Below, piece by piece: positions 24,151-37,545 of a DNA stretch of 64,000 nucleotides. The notes beneath the pieces were generated by a model. The model saw nothing but the letters and a program-made list of their open reading frames with translations, searched no databases and was not told the DNA's origin. Each line of letters opens with the position of its first letter. Position 1 is the stretch's first letter. Source of the DNA: Octopus sinensis (Eukaryota); assembly GCF_006345805.1 (NCBI RefSeq), contig NC_043016.1, positions 20,708,001-20,772,000 on the forward strand, read 5' to 3'. The position numbers and the translations under genes were made by a program.

Positions 24151-26631
24151 AAAAACATAACCACTTAATCACTTGTAGCGTAAGTAGGTGACCGTGTGGC
24201 GTTTAAAAGGAGATATTTCTGTCGCCAAACTCCTTTACGCACGGTCATTCACTACACTGGTGACCCCTCGTTTTCGCACATGCAGCCACTGTTACATTCA
24301 GTAAGCCTTATGCAGCCGCTATTATTCTCAGCAGACCTTACGTTCACTCAAACATCTACAAATTGGTGACCTAGTTCCAGTTTATTTGACCAACCATTCT
24401 GATATCACCTCTACGCTGCAGCTATATCCATTTTCTTTTATCGCTATTTTTTGCCTTCAACAAAACGTCTGATAGGGGAACTCTGTAGTGTAGCTCGGTG
24501 ATATTCTCACTGTTTGAGAGATATATTAGAAATGATGTCGTGTTAGATAGCAACCATCTTTCGGCTGCTTAGGCTCAGTTGTGTCCACTACTCTGATTGG
24601 TGCAGTCTTATTTCGCGCCAGTGTGTAAACCAACCAATCACAGCCTTAAGATAAGGTCCCATGACACAGTCTTTTGGATGTTCTGTGGAGCCTACCCTTA
24701 GCTTTAAAAGGTGTCAGAAAATCACTATTTCTCATCTTTGGTCTTCGGCCATTGACCACACCTCACCACACCATAGACAGCCAGTTCCAGTAAGACAGTC
24801 ATGTTCCTGCTACAGCCAGCAATGACACCAACATTCACCATCAAGTAGGACGTTTTCACTGTCACCTTCATCTCAATGTCGCCATTCTCTACCATCGCCA
24901 TCACCACTGTCGACTTCACTTTGACGCTGTCTTCGCCACCAACGCTGATACGTTCACAACATTCGTCCAGGTTTAACTTTTCACTGTTTGTGACTACTTC
25001 AAGGTTAACAGCCAGAATTACCTGCGAGATTTTCTATATCAATGTAGCCTGGCAATGGATTGAAGCACCAACTTCTACACGCGTAGTAACCGCTCTCCTC
25101 TTTGCCATCAAATTCATTGACACAGAACCCCTGCTATTGTGTACCTGTACAAACTGGTAAATCCATCTCCATCTTGTGTCTGGACATTCTTTCTTTGCTT
25201 GGTATTGTTGTTTCACTCTTATAACACACACAAACACACAGACACAGACACACTTGTCGCATGCACTCAGACAACCACTCTGCTAGCACTCACACACGCT
25301 CTCATCATTATTGTACACATCTGTAAGTAAAGTCTTCTTTCTCTTTCAAACAGTAGAACAGTTGTGTTTTTCTCCTTATTCTTTTCTTTACTAGCATTCT
25401 TATTCTTTTATACCACATACCTGGCTATCTTCTTTTGTGGGACGACTGTGCAGTGTTTAAAAGGGGATATTTTTATCACCAACTCCTTTTTTCTTTACAA
25501 TTCAAACATGTACATTGAGTAGTAAAGAGTCTTGTGTTGTTATTCTATTCTTATTTATTTTTGATAGAATATTTTTTTTTTACTTAAAAATTGGAATTTT
25601 GGAAAATAAAAGTTTTTCTTTACAACTGCAATTTCTATTTTTGTTTACGTGAAATTATAAAAAAGAATTTTTTAAAAATTTGGCTGTTTTTTCTAGCATG
25701 TGGAGAGACCTAGGCTTAACTTCATGTGCTGGCTGAAAATTATTTTTAAAAATTCTAGGGGTCGATACATTCGACTAAAAATTCCTCAAGGTGGTGCCCC
25801 AGCATGGCTACAGTTTAATGACTGCAACAAGTGAAAAAGAAAAGAAAAACCAAAAAATAACCCAAAAATATAACTGTGGGACTTTTGTCCTAGGGTGCTT
25901 TTGTCCAGATCCCTGCAAGGACATAGTGGTGGAACACACAAATTAACAGCTGAAAAGCATTATACCATATCTTTGATAGGGATCTAATCCCAGTAAATGA
26001 CAATTCTCTTCAGAGCAAGCAGAAAATATAGATCGTTCAATAATATTGATACTATACAAATGCACAACAGAGAATTGCTCTCATATCTTGGATGTTGCTG
26101 CTACTGCAGCTGCATCCATAGACATCCGAGAGCGCATCCAGAAAGGATCAGCTGACTGATGGACATAAACTCACTCGCTGACAGATTTGAACTGATGGCC
26201 CACTCGTGAATTGTCTCCTCTTTTTGTCTTTGCTGGTGCTTTTTATAATTGCTTCTGCCCTTCAAAGCTGGCCGGGGCTTATGGCATCTTTAGTGAAGCA
26301 TCTTATAACCTCGCCCATCTTATCAGTTCTTCGTCTTTTTTTTGCCCAAACCAATCTCACAAGCTCTTCTTTATTTTTTTTTTTACCAACTAACTATTCA
26401 ATTGTTTGTTTTATGTGTTGATTGAACAATCATTTGGTTGTTAACTCTCTCTGTCAGTGACCATTAGTTGCTATTAGTGACTTCAGCAATGACATGCTCT
26501 CGTTCTTCAAGGCCTGCTCTGTGTCTGTCTGAGAACTAGTCTTATGCTCACCTGCCTGCCTGCCTGCCTGTCTGTTTGTCTGTCTGTCTGTATACCATTA
26601 TTCAGTTATATTTCCAGATTTCTTGCCAATA

Positions 26632-26708
26632 GAGAGCGAGAGAGAGAGAAAGAAAGAAAGAAAGAAAAAGAGAGAGAGAGAGAGAGAGAGAGAAAGAGGG
26701 AGAGAGAG

Positions 26709-26771
<63 letters not shown>

Positions 26772-26860
26772 ATGAGGGAGAGAGAAAGAAACAAAGAAAC
26801 AAAGAAAGAGGGAGAGAGAGAGAGAGAGAGAAAGAAAGAAAGAAAGAAAGAAAGAGAGGG
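26632..26860. repeat. (GAAA)n/(GA)n polypurine tract
   Basis: Directly visible. Confidence 0.95.
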
Positions 26861-27344
26861 GGAAGCTGGTTTCTAGACTAGATCCAAGGCCCCATTGGAA
26901 TTTCAACAATATCAACAGGATATTTTTGCATGCATGTGTATATATGTGCAATATCTGGAGTCAGTGTGTGTTAGATCTGTTTGTTTTTGTTTATGCCTAG
27001 ACAGTGTGCAAATATACTTAGATGATAAACTTCTGGAAAGTTTTACAGATTTTTACTGTTCCAGTGAAGGCTTGGATCTGTAGTCTTCCAATCAGCATTC
27101 TCCTTGATATGAGATCACCACACTGTGTACGTATGGTGGTATTGCATGTGCCTGGTACACCCTTATTAGATGGGTAGTCATGATGGGTATACTGGGCTTC
27201 ATATATTTGTACCCCAATGTCACTTTGACAGCATGTGCAGCTCTCGCTCACATAATAACAGAGTCCATGAGAAGATAAATAACTTTTTGGAGAAAGCAAT
27301 GAGAATGTGGGAAATAGAACAGACAACATGCTAGGAAACATGAA

Positions 27345-27530
27345 TATGTGTGGAGCATTTTCCAAGGAGACTCACTCTTTCCATTACCCTTTGTCATTGT
27401 GCTAATCCCTCTGACAAGCATATTGAGAAAATCCAGGCCTACTTATGAGTTTACCAAAACCCAGATCAGAATAATCACCTACTTTATATGGATGACCTCA
27501 AGATATATGCAAAAGATTGAGAACCACAAA
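27345..27530 (+). mobile_element. R4/Dong-like RT fragment
   Basis: IFQGDSLFPLPFVIVLIPL, then in a shifted frame NHLLYMDDLKIYAK. Confidence 0.7.
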
Positions 27531-27579
27531 GTACTAAAAGATGAAACTAAATGTGGGCAATGAAGAACTTAACTGTCAT

Positions 27580-28800
27580 CCCGTTAGTTGTTGGGGAATT
27601 GGTAGCATTAACAACCAGGTTTGAGAGATTTGTTGGAGAAATTGAGATTGCTCCCTCCCCCTCTCCTCACTTTCTTCTTTATATGATATTGAAAAGAACT
27701 GACTAGAGCTTGGCCCGATAGGAAAGTGCCTATCTTCAAACCTGTCAGACAGATCCACCAATTTCTTTCACCACAAACACTAAACAGAGACAGATCTGTC
27801 ACTAGTTTTTCTTGAATCACCGATAATGCTTCACCAGTTGGGACTTTGGTGAACAGACTTATCACATCTACACCCACCATCTGGTTGGATTCAATGGGGT
27901 TATCTTTGATCAATTCTGTGAAGTGAGTGGAATACTTCATGTATGATGACTTTCCTGCTAATGGATTGATTAAATCCACAAGGAAGTGGCTCAGTGGATG
28001 ACATGCAGAACCTCTACAGCTCACTATAGGTCTTAATGGAACACCATCCTTGTGAATATTAGGGATACCGTACATGTGTGGTGGTTTACTGTAGTGTTGA
28101 GTCAGTTATCTGTACTTCATTGGTGTAAAGTGATCCTTGTTCTTGATCAAGATCTGTGACAACTTCCTCTCTGTTTTCAAAGTAGGGGTCTTTCTTTTCT
28201 TTGCTGTAGCTACCATCACTTATAAGACTTGCCAATTTTTCAGAATATTCAGACTTGTTTATCACCAATGTAGCATTTCCCTTGTCCACTGGAAGTATTA
28301 TGATGGAATTGTCATTCTGTAGTCTTTGGATAGAGAACTTTTCTTCCTTAGTGATGTTTGTTTTGGGAAATTTTGCTTTTTCTAGTACCTGTCTCACTTT
28401 CCACCTTAGTTCATCTCCCTGAGCTTTTGGTATCTTTATGGCTATCTCTTCAATAGTCCCTATTGCAATGTGTTCAGCTTCCATTCCTGGGTCTCTGCCT
28501 ATTGCCTATGAAGTCTATCTAGGTCAACCGTACAGATCCCAAATTTGTGATCTTTGTACCGACCACTTGAAATTGAACAACCTATGCTAAGCTATCCCTG
28601 ACCTGCAGAAAACTCCATCTAAATATGGTCTAGATAATTTGCTGCAGTTTGTCCATGTCCTCATTGGCACACTCAGGGAATCCAGTTGGCACCTGTCAGG
28701 CAGTGGGAAATATCTGGGCTTGTTTGGGAGGCTTTTGCATCCCTACTCCTATTGGCTAGCCCCACACAGTTCAAACACAAATCTAAGATACCATTCCAAT
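27580..28800 (-). mobile_element. Penelope-like reverse transcriptase remnant
   Basis: IIILPVDKGNATLVI (DKG motif); YGIPNIHKDGVPLRPIVS; VGVDVISLFTKVP. Frameshifted. Confidence 0.88.
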
Positions 28801-28979
28801 GACGCACTAAGTAATAAAGAGCTGGACATTCCTACAATGACCACTAGACAGTGAAAGTCATATCTTCAGACTGGTAGCCACCTTTGCCCTTGGCCCCTGT
28901 CAGGGCATAGACAGCACCAGTCTGAAGACATGGCCTTTGCTGACACCAACTTACTTACACCACCAACTTACCTCCGGGA

Positions 28980-30617
28980 TCCTGAAAGATAGTGTTGTTT
29001 TGGAAAGAGTTGGATATTGGGAAATCCTATTGGTACCTGCCAGACAGTTGGAAACACTTGAGCAAGTTTGCAAGCTTTTGCACTCTACTTTCCAATCAAA
29101 TAGTCCTACATAATCCAGACATATTCAAGATGGCATTCCAATCACCCACTAACTCTAGAGAGTGGGACATATCCCTGAAAATCTACAGGTGCCTTACAAA
29201 ATCTTGTCGTCCTGTCCCTGTTGAGGCATAGACAGCTACTATTCATATTCGGGGCTACCAACTTATCATCCTAGCCCAAGATGATCACTTGTATCTCAAG
29301 ACTCAGGCCTTTCCAAAACAACATTTCCAGTCCACCTCCAATTCAAGGATGGCTCAGAGATTCACAAATCTCAAAGTCATCAAAGATGGGTGCCATAGCA
29401 TGTGCATTGGAAATCCTGGTCTCACTGATGGCTATTGCATCCATAGCTAGTGACTAGAAGTCATTGAGCAGGTGCCCCTGCTTGCAGGTGACTCCAGGCC
29501 ATGTGCATTTATGCAACCCACTCTTAAAGCTACCATGTTAACAAGAAAGAAAGGAAGAAAATGGTTTTCCTGCAGGCAAATCAGGTGTATCAAAATCCCT
29601 TCTCAGTAAGAGGTTCCTAGGGAAAATCTTAATGTAACCTATACGATGCCATGAGGCCAGGATCCCCACTCTCATTTCCCTATATTTATCTATTGATTGA
29701 CTTGCCAAGTTCAGGATATTCAGGGCTTTCATTGTGCTTTTATTCTAAGTCACCTCTCTGTTTCTGTGTCTCCTCTGTAGCACAAAGTTGGATGTGGATG
29801 CAATCTGCTGTTGTTGCAGGTAGAGTCATGAATTTAGCTAGTGTTGATTTTGTTCTGGTTGTTGGGTTTGTATGTTTGCTGGGTTTTCTTTTCCTTGTGC
29901 ATCTGTTGCCATGTTTGTGTTTTCTTTTTGTTGCTGTTAAGGTGATGGTAGCGATGGTGTACTTGTTAAGGTGGTGGTGGTGGTGGTATCCACAACAGTG
30001 GAGCCCATCCTTTTTCTTTTCCAGCTTTGATTGTGTGAGCAGAAAGTTTTGAGATGGTTAGTTATTCCACGGATGTAGCATCTCAGTTGTTTGCCCTCGA
30101 GTTGTTCTAGGGAGACTTTCCACCTCTGACCTTACAACCAGTTTCGTTTTCTTCACATCCAGTAGTGTTTCGCTTCTATCCAACAATATGTATGTCAATA
30201 ACCACCAGATATCCATCTCTAGTGGGAACATTGATATTGCTACTTTTATTGTTCTTCTTTCCAAATAAGTTGGGGAAAATGTGAAGCCCTCTCTCTGCAG
30301 CGATTAATGTTGAATGTTATTCTGCGAGGGTCTCAATCTTAAATAAAACCTTTGAGCCCACCTTGCTCTAGATAAATGTTGAATAAAGGATGGGACTTTC
30401 TACATGTGAGTTCATGGCTGTTTTCTAGCAGACAGGTTGTTTTTGCATGATATAGAACAATCTTTCCGGTTGTTGCAGCTGGAATATCAAGGATGGGGCA
30501 CAAGTTTTGCAGGGGTTTACTTCGTGATGTAAGCCCTGTTATTATTGTTGTTATTGTTGATGTTGGTGGTGTTATTGATTTGTGTTCGGCCCAAGTTTTT
30601 GTTTTCATTGCAACTAT

Positions 30618-30648
<31 letters not shown>

Positions 30649-30900
30649 GCAGTTATTAATGTTCCTTTCACTCTTGTTGCTATCCCCACTGATACTACCA
30701 TCACTTCTGCAGCTGCCTCTGCTGCTATCATTGCTATTATTTGTAGTTTCAGAAAACAGGAAAATGATCAAACTAGCAAAAAGTTGGTATATTTCTTTTT
30801 GAGTCATACTAGACCAAACAGGTTCAGCAGTGTAGCTCAGAGTATCCTGTGTAAATAAATGCCATATGCTACAAAGTTCAGTTGATATTACCCTGCAATT
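28980..30900 (-). mobile_element. Decayed Tx1/L1-like element: gag-like ORF1 plus APE endonuclease
   Basis: Manual translation: CYIRGITNHLKTFC (CCHC with C>R) near 30050-30085; GCINAHGL...AISETR near 29420-29520; LVGDWNAIL near 29135-29160. Confidence 0.7.
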
Positions 30901-30945
30901 TTTATTAATATGTTTGTGATTTTCATCTTCATATTTTATAATATC

Positions 30946-31180
30946 TGTTTCTTTATTACCCACAAGGGGCTAAACATAGAGGGGACAAACAAGGACAGAC
31001 AAACGGATTAAGACGATTACATCGACTCCAGTGCGTAACTGGTACTTAATTTATCAACCCTGAAAGGATGAAAGGCAAAGTCGACCTCTGTGGAATTTGA
31101 ACTCAGAACGTAACGGCAGACGAAATACGGCTACGCATTTCGCCCGGTGTGCTAACGGTTCTGCCAGCTCGCCGCCTTTT
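30946..31180 (-). mobile_element. SINE family A
   Basis: Perfect 15-bp TSD ATATTTTATAATATC (30931-30945 / 31181-31195). Confidence 0.92.
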
Positions 31181-31519
31181 ATATTTTATAATATCATGTG
31201 TTCAATAGTGAGAAATAATCTGAAGAAGAATGTGACCCCTATCTGAATCTAGAAGAAAGCCTATTTTCTTTTTACTCATTATATGAATGATTCCATACCT
31301 TTTTAACCATTCAATAACTTTTTATACAACATAGAAAATCTATGACATTATTTTGATCACTATTATTCCTTAACACATAAATTTGGAAGGCATAATGATA
31401 AAATTTCTGAGTTTTTCTATAAACAGACTGGAAATATTCTGGATGATGTTCTGCAGTATTATCCTTTTCTCAAATTTAACATCACTATCTTGTACAATAA
31501 TCAGAAACAAGTTGTTAAA

Positions 31520-33145
31520 TATGTTTGGAGATACAGGTAGGGGTAGGAGTCCATCAAGGAACAGCCCTCAGCCCCCTCTTATTCATCATAGTTCTCCAGG
31601 CAATAACAGAGGAATTCAAGACAAGTTGCCCCAGGAGCTCCTCTATGCTGATTTGCTCTCATAGCAGAATCACTACCAGAACTAGAGAAGAAATTTCAGG
31701 TGTGGAAGCAAAGTTCGGAATCGAAGGGCCTTAGAGTCAAGGTTGCAAAAATTAAAGTCCTAGTAAGTAGGAAGGCGAACACATCACACACCCCTTCAGG
31801 TAGATGGTCCTGCTCGATCTGTATGAAAGGTGTAGGTAGAAACTCCTTAAGATGTACACAGTGTAAGCTATGGATACATAAGAGGTGCAGCAACATCAAA
31901 GGAAGGTTAACCGAGATGATATTTTTTGTGTACAGCAGATGCACAGGGGCAATAAACACTGCAGATGTTCAGAAAATAGATTCCATCACATGCCAGGGGG
32001 AGAAACTAGAAGTAGTTGATAACTTCTGCTACCTAGTGGACCAAGTCTGTAGTAGAGGTGGATGCTCGGAGAGAGTTGCCATGAAAATAAAAATAGCCAG
32101 GGCAAAGTTCAGAAAGCTCCTACCTCTACTGGTGACAAATGGCTTCTCACTTAGCGTGAAAGGTAGATTGTATGATGCATGTGTGCGAACAGCCATGCTA
32201 CACGGCAGTGAAACATGGGCCGTGACTGCTGAAGACATGCGTAGGCTTGAAAGAAATGAAGCTAGTAATGTCAGTGCACACACTGTGTAATGTCAGTGTG
32301 CACACATGACAGAGTGTAAGCACCCTGAGAGAAATGTTGAACATAAGAAGCATCAGATGTGGTGTGCAACAGAGACAACTGTTGGTATGTTCATGTGCTG
32401 TGTATGGATGAGGAGAGCTTTGTGAAGAAGTGTCACTCCCTAACATTGGAAGGAACGCATGGAAGAAGGAGACCCAGGAAGACATGGGACGAGGTGGTGA
32501 AGTATGATCTTCAAACGTTGGGCCTCACAGAAGCAATGATAAAAGACCAAGACCTCTGGAGATATGCTGTGATTGAGAAGACCCAGCAAGTAATGTGAGA
32601 TCACAGCCATAGTCTATACCAGTGTTGCATAACCAGCCCATTTAAAGGGTACCTTTGAATCATCAGGCAACATGCCATGCTTGAAGAGACCTTTTGAATC
32701 AACAAAATTCAAAATCAAAATCAAAAATCAAATCACAATCAAATAGAAATTGTAGTTGTGGCTAATGCCAGTGTTGCCTGACTGGCTCTTGTGCTGGTGG
32801 CATGCAATAAGCATCATTCACATGTGGGTCGCTGCCAATGCATAAAAAGCACCATCCAAACGTGGTCAATGCCCCCCCCCCCCAACTGGATCCTGTGCCG
32901 GTAGCACATAAAAATGTACCATTTGAACGTGGCTATGCCAGTGCTGCTTGATTGGCTCAATGCCAGTGGCACGTGAAAAGCACCCACTACACTCTCGGAG
33001 TGGTTGGCATAAGGAAGGGCATCCAGCTGTAGAAACATTGTCAGATTAGATTGGAGTCTGGTGAGGCCTCCTAGCTTGCCAGTCCGCAGTCAAACCGTCC
33101 AACCCATGCCAGCATGGAAAACAGACGTTAAAAGATGACGATGAT
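31520..33145 (+). mobile_element. 5'-truncated RTE-clade LINE (RT C-terminal half with PHD finger, 3'UTR, GAT tail)
   Basis: VGVHQGTALSPLLFIIVL, ELLYAD, KIKVL, FCYL, MLHGSETW; 3' end TTAAAAGATGACGATGAT. Confidence 0.9.
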
Positions 33146-33164
33146 TATATATATATTTAAGCAG

Positions 33165-33530
33165 TTCCTTTGAAAATATAGTTGCTAGAATAAGAACCAG
33201 ATGGACAAAGTTCAAAGTGCTATTATCTTTGTTGGTCAAAAACGGTCTCTTCCTCTGTGTGAAAGGTAGACCACATGATGTCTGTGTATGGACTGCTATG
33301 TTACATGACAGTGAAACATGGGCTGTGACTGCAGAGAACATGAGAAGGTTTGAAAAAAAAATGAAGCCAACATGCTCTACACGAAGTGCAATGTTGGTGT
33401 GCAAGTACAACAACGTGTAAATATTATGAGAGAGAAATGGTCTCCTGAGGTTGAATCTCACAAAGATGTCAAACAACTGAGACAACTGGCAATATGCTGT
33501 ACTTGAGAAGACCTGCCCAGCAAAGTAAAC
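33165..33530 (+). mobile_element. RTE LINE fragment
   Basis: TAMLHDSETWAVTAENMRRFE. Confidence 0.75.
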
Positions 33531-34136
33531 CTACAGCTGATGGCGCACATGCTCACCACTAATATTCCCCCCACCCCACCCCCACCCCACTTCCATTCTC
33601 CCTCATGTATCTACCTACCTGCACATAATATGCCCCAGTTAAATCCCTTCCCTTCCACCTCTATCTCTCATTCTCCATATAGAGTCTCTCACCTACCCAC
33701 CCTCTCCAATCCCTTGTTCATTCCATTATGTCCCTTCCCTTTCTCTGTATTTTTCATCAACGGAGAAGGTTGCTGTCCTCCAATTCGACACAAGAAATTT
33801 GGTGGAGGACACCACCCTCTCCAGATTGAGCAGCTGCTCAATTATTCTAAAAACTAGTTTAATTATGACATTTATGGACGAGGGTGCATAACTCTAATTT
33901 TCTTTCCATTTTTATACACCCTTTGTCATCTCATTCGACTTTTTGCATCGACCTTCTAATTTTGTTTTTTTCCTTGTAGTTTCCTATGTACCAGCATCCT
34001 GATTTCAGATAGAACAAACCATGTGCTCAGAGCTTAAAGACTGCTTGGAGACACAAGACACATTGTAAAACCCTGCCTAACCAAGTGCCTTCAAAGCAAG
34101 ACATTCTTAGTAGATCTTAAATGATATATACAGATG

Positions 34137-34137
<1 letters not shown>

Positions 34138-34173
<36 letters not shown>

Positions 34174-35945
34174 TTAACGTCTGTTGTCCATACTGGCGTG
34201 AGTTGGACGGTTTGATTGGGTTGGCACGCTGGAAGGCTGCACCAGACTCCAGTCCGACTTAGCATATGGCTGGAAGCCCTTCCTAATGCCAACCACTCTG
34301 TGAGTGTAATGGGTGCTTTTATGTGCCACTGGCATTGGTACCATTTGCATGACACCAGGGTGCATTTATGTGCTACCTGTACAGGTGCCAATTTGTGTGA
34401 CAATGGTATCTGCCACGACTGTGATTTTCCTTGGCTTGATGAGTCTTCTTCTCAAGCATGACCATAATGTAAAAGATCTTGGTCATTTCCTCCATGAGGC
34501 CCAACACTTGAAAGGGATTCGGCCACTTTTCCTCCGTGAGGTTCAATGCTCAAAAGGAACTCCGTCATCTTGCTGAGGTCCAACACTCAAAAGGAACTCA
34601 TCCACTTTGCCTCCATCAGGCCCAACGTTCAAAAGGAAATCAGTCACTTTGCCTCCGTGATGCCCAACGTTCAAAAGATTTTCTTTACATGCCACCAGTA
34701 CAGGTGCACTTGGCTTGATGGGCCCTCTCAAGTAGAGTACATCACCAAAAGTCTTGGTCATCAGTCATTGCCTCTGTGAGGCTCAAAGTTCAAAGATCAT
34801 GCTTCACTACCTCGTTCAATGTCTTCCTGGGTCTACCTCTACCACAGGTTCCCTCCACAGTTAGATATCAACACTTCTTTAAAAAGCTGTCCACATTCAT
34901 ACACATCAAATGACCATACTGGCAGTCATTTCTTTTGCACACCACATCTGATTCCTCTTATGCCTAACTTTTCTCTCAAGATGCTTACACTCTGTCAAAC
35001 ATGCACACTGACATTGTACATCCAGCAAAGAATACTGGCTTCATTTCTTTCAAGCCTATGCATGTCCTCAGCTGTCATAGCCCATGTTTCACTGCCATGC
35101 TGCATGGCTTTTTGCACACAGGCATCAAACAATCTGCTTTTCACTCTGAGAGAGAGGCCTTTTGTTGCCAGCAGGGGTAGGAGCTCTCTGAACATTATAC
35201 AGCCTAATCTTATTTTCAGAGCTACGCTCTTGGAGTATCCACCTCTACTACTAACTTGGTCACCTAGATAACGGAAGTTATCTACTACATCTAGCTTGCC
35301 CCCACACCGGTAGGAAGTTAAATGAGTCTATTTTCTACACATTTTCAACATTTATTGTACCTACGCACTTTCCACATACAAAAGTCAGTTTTCCTGTTAA
35401 ACTTCCTTTGATGTTGCTGCACCTTTTATGTGACCAAAGCTTACATTGGGTGCATCTTTTTTTTTTTTCTTGTTTCAGTCATTTGACTGCGGCCATGCTG
35501 GAGCACCGCCTTTAGTCAAGCAAATAGACACCGGGACTTATTCTTTGTAAGCCCAGTACTTATTCTATCGGTCTCTTTTGCCGAACCGCTAAGTGACGGG
35601 GACGTAAACACACCAGCATCGGTTGTCAAGCAATGCTAGGGGGACTAACACAGACACACAAACACACACACATACATATATATATACATATATACAACAG
35701 GCTTCTTTCAGTTTCTGTCTACCAAATCTACTCACAAGGCACTGGTTGGCCCGGGGCTATAGCAGAAGACACTTGCCCAAGATGCCACACAGTGGGACTG
35801 AACCCTGCACCATGTGGATGGTTAGCAAGCTACTTACCACACAGCCACTCCTGCACCTCTTATGGAGTTTCTACCTATACCTTTTCTACAGATTGAGCAA
35901 GGCCATCTACCTAAAGGGATTTGTGATTTGTCTGCCTTCCTACTT
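34138..35945 (-). mobile_element. RTE LINE (3' part), interrupted by SINE B
   Basis: (CAT)n tail at 34138; FRELLPLLATKGLSLRVKSRLFDAC...HGSETW; PHD RCTQCKLWSHKRC...FVCGKC. Confidence 0.88.
35461..35854 (-). mobile_element. SINE family B
   Basis: Reverse complement of the 19817 family; inserted within the RTE PHD-coding segment. Confidence 0.9.
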
Positions 35946-36899
35946 ATTAGGACTTTGGTTTGTGTGTGTGTGTATGGCAATGCATTTGTGTATGTGTACA
36001 TGTGCATGTGTGTGTGTGTGCTTGTATGTATATAAGTTCTAAGAAAAGTCTAAAAATGTTGAAATTAACAAGGAGTCCTAACCCACACTTCAGATATAAA
36101 CTAATAAGCATGTTCATGTCATACCTCATTGAAAGCCTAGTGAAGCATGAAAATGGCATATTTCCAGGATACAGAATATGTAATATGATTAATAAATCTT
36201 TACGATATTCTTACCTTACTTTTTCTATAAATAAGGAAGAGAAGCTTAAGTATGCTTTTTGTTTGAAATCCAGTACCTTGTTATAGGAGAGAAAAAAAAT
36301 CACATTGCTCATAAGAAAAATTAGGCTCCAAAATTTCATAATACAATTACATTTTTGTTATGTTTCATTTTTGGATTTGGTTTGCAAGATTCTTAATATG
36401 AGTTCATGTGTTGGAGCATATTCTGTTGTGTCTGGGGAGAGTCATTTTCTTTTTGTGCCTTATAATATAATAGCTTATTGAAAAGGTTGCAAGATGCAAC
36501 AAAAATTTTATGAAAATAAAAATAAGAAAAAAGTGGAAATTTTACCGGTGAGTGTGTTATATTATAAGGCACAAAAAGAAAATGACTCTCCCCAGACACA
36601 ACAGACTTTTTGTTATGGTCCCATGGAAATTTCCATTTTCTTTGGGATATTTTGCTTTCAGTTTATAAGTTTGTTGCTTTGTCTTTATAATTCTTACTTG
36701 AATAGGGGTGTTATGCAAGGATGCAGTGTATCTATTTAGAGCAATGTCTGTGTATTTTTGAGTATGTTTTATTAAGTTCTTGTCGTATGTATCTATATCT
36801 TTCCATTTAGTAATTTTTTCTTTGTCTTTTCACCAGGATACATTCTGGTGGGGTTCTGAGACTGTTTTCCTCACTAGATGAGTTTCCACAGTTGGAGAA

Positions 36900-37480
36900 A
36901 TTTAAGGCAGAGGGAGAGGTATGTATGCACAGTTGCACATTTCTAAGCTGAAGGTCTGGTCGACTGACTTCTCTCAATTGCAATGGTGTAGGTGTTGTTA
37001 TTGTTGTTTCTCCAATGTGGTACCAGTGTTTGCTGTTAATATTGTTGAATGGATCTTTCCAAATGCTCTCTCTGTTGTTTTGTTTTGGATGCTGCTGCTC
37101 TTGGAACTGATGCTGGTGGTGGTGGTGGTGGTGGTGCTGGTGCTGGTGCTGGTGCTGGTTCTGCTGCTGCTGCTACTGCTGCTGATGCTGTTGTTTTTAT
37201 AGCTTTGTTGTTGTGTTAGAGGTGTCTGTAGCATATCAGCATGTAAACAAGTGCCTAACCAATTCTCCTTTCCCATTTTATGGATTTGCAAAATTTTGTT
37301 TCTGTTCTCTATGCCATATAACATGGCTGCTACCAGCAAAGTGATGTCCACTTCTGGTAGCACCTACAGCACCTTTATTTTGCCCACCCTCTGACCAAGG
37401 TATGTTGAAATTAGCCATAATTCCTCACTTTTGAGGGTTGTAGCATATTTTTGACTAATTTTTCAATTGAAAATCTTGCC
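36900..37480 (-). mobile_element. Tx1/L1-like ORF1 remnant
   Basis: STYLGQRVGKIKVL*VLPEVDITLLVAAML aligns with PTYLERRTIKVAISMFPLEMDIWWLLTYIL of the 30 kb element; followed by an S/T-rich tract. Confidence 0.55.
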
Positions 37481-37545
37481 TAAAGTGTGCCAAAGCTTCT
37501 CCCACAGGGCAATATAAGTATTTAAGCCCTAGGCTGGAATTCATG

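Noticed and set aside
30517-30963. N/S-rich 148-aa ORF as a host exon
   Set aside because: It starts inside a SINE and sits in line with a decayed Tx1 ORF1; no supporting splice structure.
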